NCBI GenBank assembly: GCA_036867785.1
Contig: CP145421.1
Coordinates: forward strand, 1,103,132 to 1,123,131
Direction: 5' to 3'
DNA from: Plasmodiophora brassicae
Lineage: Eukaryota
DNA: 20,000 nt
The notes under the pieces were generated by a model that had not been told where the DNA came from, ran no database searches, and was given only the letters and a program-made list of their open reading frames with translations. Every line of letters begins with the position of its first letter. The stretch's first letter is position 1. The translations under genes and the position numbers were made by a program. Shown piece after piece: positions 1 to 11,734 of the stretch.

Positions 1-3000
1 ACTGCAACGTGACTTGCATCCACCGAACCCGGCGACCTCCCCGACCGGATAGTACGAGCTCTTGCGTGGCGCGATGCCACAGCCGACGTCCAGATCTCGC
101 AGCGCTGAGTAGTCGCGGCAGACGGCAACGGCTGTGTTGTCGGGGAAGGGTTCGGCCGACACGTTGGACCCGATGTCGAAGCGCGCGCAGTCCATTAACG
201 TTGACGGCCAGAACGTTCGCAAGTAGCGGCGCACCTCGAGAACGTCGGCGACACACGTCATTTTCATCAACGAGCGCACACCTAGCGCTTGCATCAACAC
301 CATGATGGAGCCGTCAAGCTCATCCTCAAGAGCCTCCAGGACAGCGCGGGCGGACGAAGGTGGCATAACCACGGGGCGGCGGTGGGCCCCAAACTGGTTA
401 AGGTAGTCGTTGATCTCGTCCGGCAGATCTGCTTGGCAGGCACTGAACGCAGCGGAAACCGCCCTGGAGCAGTGCTGCTTGAGGGAACGATGCGTCCAAC
501 GGGGTGCGGCAGCGATTAAGAAGATCGAGACATTTGCCATGGGATGGCAGTCAACCTGACCCAACAGGAATCGCGGCAACTGCGCCACTGACCGCGACGC
601 CTTCTCGTCGTCTCGCTGCACACGCAGATCGTGTACCGAGCTTCCCGTATCCGACTGACGTGCACGGTAGTTCCCGTACCTCTGCATCATGTGCAGGAAG
701 GCAAACGATTTGGCTTCGTGCACAGGAAAGTGCTGCAGCCAGGTCCCGATCGAAGTCGTGATTGCTTGCAAAGAGTCGACGTCAAACACCGGCCGCAATC
801 GCGGGCGACCCCCGTGAGCGTCTGAGGCGCGACGCGCCTCATCCGCCAGATCGAAGCGGAACCGGCCGCAGAAGGCCTCTTTCCTGGGGGATCCGAAGAC
901 ATCCCAGAAGCGTTCGCCGGCGAATTCGTCGAGGTGTATGACCTCAAACGTGGACAGATCCATTGCTGGTGCACTAGCACAGGGCGGCGTCGACTGGCGG
1001 ACGAGGTGGTCTACGGAGGGGTCGATGCGTTCGTCATCGCTTCCGTCGACATTGCTGGGGTCAGGGACGTCGCCGTCATCCATCGAATACGAAGAGTCAG
1101 AATCAGTTTCGACGTCGTCCCCGATTGCGTCGCCTGGGTCAGGGTCATCGCACTCGGAGTCTCCCACCGGATCCTCGCAATCATCACCGACTTCGTCACG
1201 CTCAGCGGCTTCGTGTGCATCCCTGATACGCTCCAGGTATTCTATTGTGCGGTCGTCCTCGTCCCCGTGTTCGACTGGATCTTTGTGCCCGGTGCACTCC
1301 TGCTTAGGCTGGCCATGTCCGTCGCAGACCATTATCATCGGGGCCGGCGCCCTTTCACAACTGACACGTACCGCTGACGACGGCAGTACTTCGAGCCAGA
1401 GCATCGGCGAGCTGTTCCGCAGGTGCATCAGGGGTAGCGCTATTGTAGACAGTACCGCCAAAGCTGCCACTCGTTTGACCGGCAACGAGTCGTCGCCCCT
1501 TCCTAACCGCTACATACGAAGTCAGAAACGTACAGGAACAAGGAATCGCAAAGGCTTACAGCAACGACGTCTGACGTGCCAAACCGCAAAGCGATGATGT
1601 GGGACCGCCGTCTGTCGATCAGAGGGTGGACGACGTCCCACAGGCAGCCGAACGGGACACCGTATTCGTTGAAGAGGGCGTCCACGTTGTCGACCGACAC
1701 TGGCGAATCCAAGAATAGGTCGACGATGACAGGATCGGTGCTCAAACACACTGTGACCATCAAATCCAGCGGCCACAAGCCGCATGATGTAGAGAGCAGG
1801 CTACAGTGGCGCATCATCTGTGCACCAGACGATGGTGTCGCAGTGGTCTGCCGAAGCCATTGGTCGAATTTGTCACGAAGGCCTGCCGGTGAAGCCTGCA
1901 GGCAAGATACGACCTCTCGCCGATGGCGTTCAATCATGCCTTGGTGTGGTGGCACGTGGTCGTGCCAGCACAAGTAAGACAGAAGCCAGCCAGAGACGTT
2001 GCGGAACGAATCCCAGGACAGGTCTTCGCAGGATTCGAACAGCGAGAAAACGGCGGGATCAGGAGCATATCCGTACGTCATGGTGACATCGACCAGGGTC
2101 AGGCGAATGTTGTCCGAAAGCGCCCGGTTCGAGGTACACGTCGTCAGACGACGGCGCCCGGCGAACCACGCACGATGGTCAAATGTCGATTGCAGGAGAT
2201 CATCCATATCGGCATCATCTGACGAAACGGGCAAATCGACCGGGTCTTCCTCAGGCGAAGGATATGGGAGGTCGTCTTCGATAGCAGCGTCAGGAACACG
2301 CGTTGGTGCACCACCGTCCCCGGTTAAAGTTGCCGTCAAGGAGATGCCAGGAGAAGCAGAGCGGTTGTACAGTGTGTCAGCTGGGCACGCGGGTAGGTCA
2401 GCTTGGCCCATTAGTAAGTAATTGGACGCGATAGCAACCCTAAGCCAGATTACCTACCATGACACGAGTCTTCAGCTCCCGCAGCGACGGCGACGGTGGC
2501 GACTTCTGGATGTGCTGCTGAAGTGTCGACGGATGCACCAGAAGGGAGCGGCCCAAGTCGGTCGGCGTGTTGCGCCGGCGCATGTGTCGGGTCAGCTGGT
2601 AGCGATATTTCGATTTCCATCAGAGACGATTTTGAACCACCTAACTCAAAATAAGCAGGTGAATATCGCGTTTGCCGGTGTCGATACCAACCGTCCCCGT
2701 CGTGTTCGTCGTTCATCGCGTCGCCAACGGCGGTCAGAGTCGCACCCGATCGGTCGGTCGTGTGCGACTTGACCACGCCCTTCGAATTCGGAGCGAAGTC
2801 ATCAAACTCGATCAGCGGTGCAACATCGAAAGGTGTGGACTCAATCGACCGTTGCTCGTCTTCGGCAGGCATGTCGTTACGGTTTTCTGCTTCTCTCGGG
2901 TAGTCGTGTCTTGCGATCTCCACCGTCCATCGCCGACGATATAAGCCGATATCGGTTCCCGAAAACCTCATGGGCGACGCGTTCGCCAAGAAGTCAGCGT

Positions 3001-4182
3001 ACTCGATCACGAAGACGCCACAGTCGGTTCCATTGCTCTGCATAGGAAACCGACCGCCAGCACGACGACAGGTCCATTCCACCTCGCATGGGTGGCCAGT
3101 CAGGTCCAGATACAAATCCAGCATGTACTGGATGACGTTGCGACCGAACTCAGTGCGAGGTGGTGTGTGCCTCAGCGAGTCGTACCACTCGACCAGGTGG
3201 AGCTTCGGTTGGACAACCATCAGGAACCAATGGTTAGCGTCACAGATCGGGAAAAATATGAGGTCATAGCCAAACACGGGCTCGTGGGCGAACCATCTGG
3301 CCCACGTTCTCACATTCGCGTAGGCGTACTTGCCATCCTGCATCATCTTCGCATACAACTGCGAGTCGAGCGCAAAGCAGGTCGGGTAGCGTCCAGGCAT
3401 CGTTACGCGACGCATTTCGTCACGCTTGACGATCAGAGACAGGCATGCCATGATAACGGCATCGCTGAGCCAGCATTCGTCGCGAAGGCTCCGGATATCC
3501 CCCTAAAGCAAAAGGCATTCGTGACGAATCAGACTGATGTGCTGATGCGACTAGCTGATTGGTAAGCATTGGCATGCATACAGGTTCGACGGCGACATTG
3601 CCGATTGTGTACGAGCGCCGTGTGGTATCGTTCCAGATCTGTTCGGCTGTGGCGTGAATGTCAGCAACGTCAGGAAGCTCGGTCTCGGCTTCTGGCTGTG
3701 ACAGTGAAGGGGACTGCACACGCCGGTCACGGTCGTCCGAACTTGTAGGAGACGTCTCCGGTCGACGTGCATAATCTTCGTCGACAGATACATGTCAATA
3801 TGGGGGACAAGAGGCCACCATCAGGCTTACTGTTCGAATTGCCATTAGGCGGCAGGATCGTTGAATTACACGCGACGTCTTCGTCGTCCTGGCCGGAACG
3901 AGCCTGACGAGGCTCCAGTATTGCGAAGTCGTGTCCTTGCCTACGGTCTTCAAGCAGAATGCGAGATATAGCACTGAACGTCCTCTTGTCATCCTCAACG
4001 TATGGGTTCGAGTGACCGATGCAACTCCAGTAGTGCCGACGTTTCCGTGCTCGCCTTTTGATGGAACTCTGCAGTGGATCTGTATTGCCAAGCCGCCCCA
4101 TGCCCTGTCGCTTCGATAACGATCTCGGTCAGCCGGCTTAGGCCGTTTCGACTAGCTCAAACCGTACCTTGCGACCGCCCAT
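1..4182 (-). CDS. Gene A: spliced multidomain protein (Ulp1/SENP-type C48 protease, acidic linker, large uncharacterised domain), 3'-partial
   Basis: Exons 4182-4168, 4110-3831, 3775-3582, 3502-2458, 2401-1560 and 1509-<1. Five GT-AG introns (57, 55, 79, 56, 50 bp) all preserve frame. Frame 1509->1 has no stop and is absent from the ORF track. At least 1295 codons. Confidence 0.85.
2900..3620 (-). other. Ulp1/peptidase C48 catalytic domain of gene A, intact triad
   Basis: Spliced translation reads VAVEP|GDIRSLRDECWLSDAVI ... LIFFPICDANHWFLMVV ... HLVEWYDSL ... PMQSNGTDCGVFVIEYA. These are the canonical W-L-x-D, H-W, D-S and Q-x-N-x-x-D-C-G motifs. Confidence 0.93.
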
Positions 4183-4537
4183 AGTAGCAAAGAATATTGC
4201 CCAACTGAGAGGTATGTGGGGCAGTACTCAGGTCAGTACGGGTAGAGAGTCTGTAACGAAGCGGTGCCAATTGCAGATCGACTTTGGAAATGGACGAGGG
4301 CGGCAGATTTGCCCGGAGGCCGCAACGAAGGCCTCGCCCTCGTCTGCCGGAAATAGCCCGCGTCCGAGGGATCAATCCAGAATAGCGACCCAACCGTGTC
4401 GGTATTTCCAAAAATAGATTCCTGACACTATCGACAGCCTCGGAGTTTGGCGAAGGTCTACATTCTCGCGCGACCGTCGCAGAAGTCCGAAGCTGCCGGG
4501 AGGTCGGGTGGCGTTGACCACCACCGCGTTCGGGTTC

Positions 4538-4740
4538 AATTCCGATAGACGGGGGCTGCAATAATAAAGCGCCCGAAAAGTCCGAAGAGCTCCTGAGCGA
4601 AGACCAGTGATCGGATCATCCGGAAACCGACGTCAATCGTGTTGTGATTTAATTCGCGACTATCTCCTTCGAATCGGATCGAATTCGGATAGACGGGGGC
4701 TGCAATAATAAAGCGTCCGAAAAGTCCGAAGAGCTCCTGA
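4538..4740 (+). repeat. 59-bp direct repeat pair (4538-4596, 4682-4740)
   Basis: AATTC(C/G)GATAGACGGGGGCTGCAATAATAAAGCG(C/T)CCGAAAAGTCCGAAGAGCTCCTGA, 2 mismatches, 144-bp period. Confidence 0.95.
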
Positions 4741-5047
4741 ATTGGGGGTCCATGCAGCCTGTCTGTTGCATTTACACCTTTGCGCAGTTTTTCCCGGGGG
4801 GTCTAAAATTGGTTCCTCCAAAATCGCCGGTAGGAGCAGAGGCAGGGGGGGGGGTTGAACCCGTGTAGAGATCGCAACGCTGGTTGGTCGAAACAAACTG
4901 GCCCACCGGTGCTTGGTTCGTTTCTGTGACCTCCATTGTGCTCCTGTACGCGAATTTTTCCACGGCTGTCTGCCTTGGCGACCTCGCCTGCGCGCGTGCC
5001 TGCACTGCAGGTCGTCGAAATTTAGCTCCGTTCAATAGGAGCACACC

Positions 5048-6110
5048 GTGCCATCACTGGCGTACAACGACCCTGGAGATCGTTCTGGCCGGTTCAGCCG
5101 TGGCGCCGACGTCGTCCAGGCCTGCGTGTCGACCACGACAGACCAGACTGAACAAGCGGCACACGCTGGTTGGGAATGGTATCGCGCCCGCAGAACATTT
5201 GATTGCGACAGGCTCGCGGCAAACGCTTCGCGTCGAGTGGCTCTGATGCGCCCAGGTATGCCCCCGGACCATGTTGTAGTCGACGTGGTTGTCCTGCACG
5301 ACGTCGTTCGGGAACGGGTGTCTTGCCGTGGTGGCGATGGTACATGTCCGGTACCAGGTCGATACGCAGCCATCGAATCAAGGTGGCGGACGGTCAGCAC
5401 GAAGCAGGGGAGAACTCCGTGGAAGGCTGTCGTCGTCGGCGCGACCGACGACCCGATGACGCTGCCTGTCGTCAACGCTGCCCTAAGCAACGTCGTGCGC
5501 GGCCGCCCGACGTGGCATTCGTTCGGCATCGGAGGTCGTCGACGCCTTAACGATTCTGCCTGGCGTGCCTGGCCCGCCCCGACGTCGCCGCCGACAAACT
5601 GCTCGGGCCAATAGAGTCACTAAGACCACAGCACGTCCTGCGGGGCGTCTACTGACGCGCGCCAGATACGTCTGCTGCGACGCCGGGCACCTGTACAACA
5701 GGTTTCAGTTGTCGCCTAATGCAGAGGTTCATAGATCTCTGACACTCTGGACAGGGGTCGCCTGCCGTCGCCGGACCCGCATGAGCACCTGCAGCGACCA
5801 GTCGTCCTGCCAATGAGTCTGCTCTGCTGCGACGTGTTGGCCCAATAACCTGTTGAATCGACTTACATCCCTGGCATTCTGGCTTACATCGGCGATGCTG
5901 GTTTTCGCCGCTGATGCCGCCATGATTGTGGCGCTGGTCCACTGTTGTCATGTAAGCCAGGTCCTGTCCTGGTTGAACTTCAGTGTCTGCGTCTTTCTAA
6001 TGCTGGTCGACAGTCGTCGCGTAATCCAGTTTCTGTCCTGGTCGACCTTCAGGTGACTGCGATCTGCTTGAACCATTTCATTCTGATACGCCACCCGTCG
6101 TTTCCCGCTT
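5048..6110 (+). pseudogene. Decayed copy 1 of an unknown plus-strand subtelomeric gene family
   Basis: Contains RPQHVLRG..., HLYNR split by intron 5702-5754, GCATGAGCACCTGCA, and a block at 6031-6075 matching 7194-7240. It has stops and frameshifts. The 188-aa ORF 5048-5614 may be its upstream part (uncertain). Confidence 0.55.
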
Positions 6111-6449
6111 TTGAACGGTTCTGCTTCTATTCCAGCACACGCCGTGGAGTCGCTCGTCGCCACACGACGCTGTGTCACTTCACGTATGTTAGTCGTCCAT
6201 CGCTTTCGCGGCACGTATCTGACCACTTCTGCAGGATTGTCGCGCGTTTAAGCCGTCGTCGTGCCTCTAGTTGCGCCACGTCTGCTATCTGGCCCGGCTG
6301 ATCAACGGCATCGTGCCGTCAGTTGCATGGCACATACCGAGCCTACCCGCCGAGTGACTCCGGCCGCCGTCCTAAATGTTGTTCTTGACACGTCTGGCGA
6401 CCCGGCGTGCTCGTGCGCTGATGTCGCCGCCGTCCAGCGCGCGCGCTGA

Positions 6450-7260
6450 TCCCCGGAGCGACAACAACCACAACACATCCTGCTGGGCGCCTTACAACAG
6501 CAAGCCGCATACATTAGTGCGAACGCGCTGCACCTACATAACAGGTACGTTTCTTCGCGTAACGCACAGAGCCAGGCCCTCTAATTCGTGCTGGGCAGGG
6601 CACGCCTGCCGTCGCCTGCTGTCTCCCGTTCAGCATGAGCACCTGCAAGGCAGGACAACGTCATGTCGACCTGCTCGTCAACTGCAGCGGCGCGCCGGTC
6701 GTTGCAATCGGTCGCGCGCGCTCGTGTTTGGCGGGGCGATCAAGCAAGGGCGTCGCCGAGGTCCCCGTCCGCATGGCAAGCGGCACCTGCGTGCCGTGCA
6801 AGACGTCCATCTGGGCGTCGGAGCCCACCGCGCCTGCCTGGCGTCCGGCCGTCGTCGGGCGTACTCCCTCAACGAGATTGTCCTGGCGTCTGGCGCCACG
6901 ACGCGTCGTCAGCCCTGCCAGGCATACGGCCACATCCAGATCCGCTCAATACAAACAGACCATGTCAACACGTGGGTATGACGTCACTGGAGATCGGCTT
7001 GGCGTCAGGCGTCACAGAACGGCAGCGTTCCGTGCCACTGGTGAAGTAGGAGGCGCTGGTCGACGCTCGAGAGCTGCGGGATCGCCCTGGCCGCCCGTCG
7101 ATGGCCCGTTACCTTCCCTGCTTTCGTATCCTCACAAGCTGAGCCCTTCAAAGCAAGCAGACCAGATTGAAACGCTGGGGTCCTGCTGAGTCGTTCCTGT
7201 CCAGGTCGACCTTCAGGTGATTGCAAGCTGCTTCAACCATTGCCGTCCGTCGTCATTCGC
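6450..7260 (+). pseudogene. Decayed copy 2 of the same plus-strand family
   Basis: Reads QPQHILLGA...LHLHNR with intron 6545-6598, then KGVAEVPVRMASGTCVPCKTSIW and QIRSIQTDHVNTWV. It aligns by eye with 18650-19260. Confidence 0.65.
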
Positions 7261-7447
7261 GTTACGGGCAACCGTTCGCTGTTGCGCGTATGCTCGAGGA
7301 CACGTCAGTTCATCCGATGCCTGTCGAGTCGCCCGACCGCCTCCGGCTGTGAAAAGGCATCGTAGTGCGATGCATGTGGACGGGGATCATTGCGGGCGAT
7401 ATCGGCGCCCCATATCTGGTATATTCCGTGTAAGAGATGATTGGCAG

Positions 7448-10400
7448 TTAGTTGTCAGCGACACCGCCACCTCCTTCATCTGGTCCATCGTCGCCTTCAG
7501 CACTTAGCCGTAAGGCAAGTGATTCCACGAGTTCCCGGGCGTGGTCGTCGTTTGGGTTGACATCCAGGTACCTGGAGAGGTAGAACCGTGCCTGGCGCAC
7601 CTCGATATCTGACCATTCCCGTTGGGCGTCCGTGCTGACAGTTCTGATCCATGGGAACCGGCGGTCGAACCGGGCCCACGTCGAATACGCGAAATCAACG
7701 TCGCCACCGCTTGTCGATGTCGACTGGGACTTGCCACTCGATGAAGATGACGATGCTGACGAGGATGGCGTCAATGGCAACGACGACGACAATGCGCGAT
7801 CTTGGCCGCCAGGTTCGTGCCTCGGGCGTTTGTTGGGTCGGGACGGCGAGCCTGGACACGAGTGCGATGATGGCAACGGGGACCCTTGCCGGTCGTGCGG
7901 CCGCTGCTGTTCCGGATGCCGCATCTGTAGATCTGCACGTTTGCAACGAAACAGCGATCAGCATGGATGGAGCGCGACATCAAACCAACACACGTACGGT
8001 TATTGTTCCTCGACGAATGCACCCCGGCCTCGTAGTCGTAGAAGGCAGCGAGTACCTGCGCCCCAGGACGCTGCAGGTACTCGGCGACGCCGTCTTGGTC
8101 GATGCTGGAAATGGTGGTGTCCTGGCAGACAAAGTACTGCATGGAAGGCGTAGAATACATCGTGTCCGGGTTAAGAGCGATCGCGATGTCGACCAGGTCG
8201 CCCGTTCCAGACGGCGCTCGCAGCGCCAGACCAGCTAGCCGCATCATGGATTCACCGAGTACGAATCGGATCGGGCATTCAATCTGAAAAGAATACGTCG
8301 GGGAAGTCAGTCTGAGTTTGCCGCTGCCTCATCCGGCGCCGCTTACCGTGACATCCGGATCGCCCTCCCAGTCCAGACCAGCGACGACGTTTCCGCTCGA
8401 CCGTCGTCCCAATTCACTTGTGAACGTCCGCGCCACAATATGGCGGGTCGTACTGGAGCAGGACGCGCACGTCAGATCCGCCTCGTCGTGAGGCAGTCGG
8501 CCCAGAAGCGTCTGGATTTTGACACTAGCGGGCTTAGGACCCAGAACGTTCAACCTCACCATGACGTAGGGTACACCCTGTCGCCTCTCCGTCCTCAAAC
8601 CTTTGCACGACTTGCACGTCCAGACGCACACGTGGTCAAACGTCATGACCCGCTTCAACAGCGACCACAACGGTGACTGCTGTCTGCCGTCTGTTTCCGC
8701 GAGATCGATGCTTTGGAGGCGAGACAAGATTTCGCCCAGCAAGAGCGCCGGGTGCGCAGCGACTTCTGCGAAGTGACCCAGCACGAGCTGCAACGTCGAC
8801 GTCGCGTGTGACGGATTCATGTTGACGTCCCGCACGAGTTCGGCAAGTGGCTCCAGCCACTCGGCAGACATGTAAGCCCTGACCTGTTGAACGGCGCGGA
8901 CGTAGTCGTTAACGAGAAACTTCGAAGAGCGGAGCACCTGAACTGCGGCAAAGGCCCACCCTAGACCTGCAGTGGCAGGCGCAAAGCCAGAGCGGGGCAG
9001 CCGAACAGGAGACACCGGTGGAACTAAGCTCTAAACGATAACCATTTGCGGTCAGTTCACCGTCTCATGTCGAGTGTTGCCCTAAAGCAGTGACAGACCT
9101 GGCGAGTGTTCGCAGTAGCAGCAGTCGGGCGCTTGGTCATTCGGGCAGGAGATGCATCAGACCTGGACCGCGCCCTGCCTCGAGTGGAACATCCGCGCGA
9201 CGCCTTGCTGGCTCGTGTCGACGACGTCCGCCCTTGCCGACCAACCGCAGACCTGGACCGCGCCCTGCCTCGAGTGGAACCTGCGCGCGACCCCTTGCTC
9301 GCTCGTGTCGACGACGTCCGACCTTGCCGGGCACTGGCCGCAGTCTCCGACGGCAATCGGCGCCGCCGACTCGATCTTGCAGCATTGCCGTCATTATCAT
9401 CATTGTCAACGTCGGCAGCGTGCCCCGGCTGCCACTCCCCGTCGGACTCGTCGACTTCTTCCTCGACCGGCTGACTTGCCGGGCGCCTCTATATCATTAG
9501 AGGTGATCATGGGTAGTACTAAGCATGCGGTCCTGTGGTGATCGATGACGTACCTGCACAGGATGATCATTGGGAGCGCGGACTGCAGGGCCAACAGCAC
9601 CCGCGACAGCGTATATGACCTGTGTGCGCCGTCGGACACACTCGACATACGCCTGGACCAGCTCCCTGACGTCCTCCTCCACGTTAGCGGTATCATTGGA
9701 CTCGTACAGCTTCACCATTGCCAACCACGCCCGCCAGAACATATCCCGGGCGTAGGCGTTGCCGAACTCGATTTCTTCCAGCCTGCCGTTGACGCAAGCG
9801 AGATGCTGATTGCGCAACCTGAACGAACGTGTCGCCTGCCACACGTCCCACCTTGCTGAGGACCCGTCACCGAAGACCAGATAAAACTCTTCGACTGGCA
9901 ACACCAGGTCGTTCTCATTGGAATATGATCCCTCGCGAGCGGAGCCAATATATACAACGGTGTCGTTGCCCAGATACCGTGCATGGCAGAGCATCTGCTG
10001 GAGGCGCTCAGGCGGCGATAGGTGCCCGATCAGTCGGCCCAGGATGGTCTGCGGCGTGATATCGCCCAGCTCCTTCTTCAGCGCCGCATGACAATGCGAA
10101 CGAAGTGCCTGCCCATTTCGCTGGCCGAGCAGCACAGTGTCGAACGTCGGTCTTTGGTACAGGACCGAGCAGTGCGGGTCTGTATACATCGACTGCCAGT
10201 CGACGACGCGGTTTTTTCTGGCTTCGAACGTCGCATGCTTGGCATGATTAACCGCCTGGATGGCGGTCAACATGTTAAAGATGAGGTTGACGTTCTTCCG
10301 ACCTGTCACGGTGCCGGGGAGAGGCATTGGGAGGAACATTTTTGTGGCGACCTCTTGGAGTGATCCGGGCACGTCATTGTGCGGAGACTTCAGGTCCTGA

Positions 10401-11734
10401 ATCGCCGGGAATCTGTCCGACTGGAGAGGGACGATCGCGTCCGGCGGTATCAGTGGCGGAATGCATACCACAATGGCGCGCAGCATGGCGACAACAGCGC
10501 CGTTGGAGAAGCGACCGCTGGCCGCCTGCTGGCGCTCCAGCTGACGGCGGTCCAGCTGATCCGGGTTCAAGCATAGGTTGGCAAATTCGACGGTGACACT
10601 GGGCGGCCTATCGACCAGGACGAAGAACGGGCGAGTCACTCGCCCATGCCTGGTCAGCTTCAGCGAGACGTGGACAGGGTTTCCGGCGACCCACTGCTGG
10701 TCGATCAGCTGAATCATCTTCAGCGCGATCTCGACTCTTGACGCGTTCTTCTGGACACTGCAAAGGTCGTTGAGCAAAGAACCGTGTGCCGTGCGCTCGG
10801 CAGCGCCCGACGTCCACCTCGTCGCAAACCAGACAGCAAACGGAACTGGTTCAGCCGTCTGCGCCGTCGCTGGCAGGTCGGCTCCATCAGCTCCGAGTTT
10901 GCCCAGGTGCTCTCGACTCGGCAAGAAGGCAGCGAAGTTGTAGTCGGCGGGGTCGTTCAGGCCAGGACGCGCATGGCGATGTTGGACGCTACGATCGAGG
11001 ACGCCCAGCTGTCGGAGACGGTCGTACGTGTTGGCCTCTTCGGCCAGCAGAAGGTTCTTCGCCATGAGATGTGCCGTCAGCGCGCTGTTGACGAGCTCTC
11101 GCAGACTGACATGGACGAGCCTGATAACCGCGGCAAGACTGTGAAGGCGTCCGCGGCAGCCGAGCTCTAGCACCAGAGCCATGACGTCCAGGGCCTCGTT
11201 GCGCCCGATAAAGGATGGTCGTCCACCGACGCACGCCAGGCGGAGCATGTCGATGACGTCAGGGTCGAACCAGTACCTGCCAAAGGCACTGCAATGGCGC
11301 AAGTAGTTGAACCTGTTGCGCTCGCAGAGCCAGGGGCCGAGGACCGATGCCGGTGTCATCGTATGGTAAAATCGGTTCGGGTTGATGGAGGATGAATCAA
11401 AAAGCGCATTAAGCGCGTCCTGGCCGATCATCACCACCAGCGTCTGGAAGCGTTGGAGGCACATCATATTGAGGCTACGGACGCCTGGGGCGATGTCGCG
11501 CCGCATCGCATCCAGCATCAGCCGCGGGAACGGCCGGTACATGTAATTAAAACAAGCAGGAACCAAATCCGTAGGGCAAAGGGTAGAGCGCAGGGGGCTC
11601 CAAATATAGCGCTTCGCGGCGAGGCATGTGCTGCTGCTGGCCGCCAGCCGACCGTTTGCCAGCTTGCATGTGGTATCGGCGGGTCGTGTTCCCGGCCCAG
11701 GCTGGCCAGCCGGGCCAAATTGGCATGGCAACAA
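7448..11734 (-). CDS. Gene B: spliced multidomain protein (unknown domain, Arg/Ser repeat, inactive USP/C19-like domain, Ser-rich tail); 5' end probably disrupted
   Basis: Exons ~11734-9554, 9488-9099, 9030-8347, 8283-7998 and 7932-7448. Four GT-AG introns (65, 68, 63, 65 bp) keep frame, giving about 1340 codons. The true start is unclear (first in-frame ATG at 11542, stops just upstream). Confidence 0.8.
8020..9000 (-). other. USP (peptidase C19)-like domain lacking catalytic Cys and His
   Basis: GFAPATAGLGWAFAAVQVL sits at the Cys-box position. Two CxxC pairs (WTCKSC, LTCASC) follow, then VTIECPIRFVL...MRLAGLALR...GDLVDIA...QYFVCQDTTISSI...QVLAAFY, which tracks the USP C-terminal boxes. 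Confidence 0.7.
9158..9329 (-). repeat. 90-bp-period coding tandem repeat (2 copies)
   Basis: 9158-9239 and 9248-9329 encode RQGRTSSTRASK(G/A)SR(A/G)(G/C)STRGRARSRS twice in gene B. Confidence 0.95.

Noticed and set aside
2435-2445. GGCTTAGGGTT telomere-like word on the minus strand in a gene A intron
   Set aside because: A single imperfect unit, expected by chance.
9-3565. Many plus-strand ORFs over gene A, and likewise over 7600-11800
   Set aside because: Antisense shadows of GC-rich minus-strand exons.
4538-4740. Direct repeats as a CRISPR-like array
   Set aside because: Only two units, wrong lengths, eukaryotic telomeric context and no cas genes.
6661-6933. Minus ORF (VLHGTQVPLAMRTGTSATPL) resembling motif I of a telomere-linked RecQ helicase
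   Set aside because: There is no GKS/T or DExH motif. Paralogue substitutions and the conserved intron point to the plus strand.
7448-11734. Assignment to KDZ/Zisupton, Mutator or Helitron because of Ulp1 cargo
   Set aside because: No CxC, SWIM, DDE or RepHel motifs were recognised in either gene.
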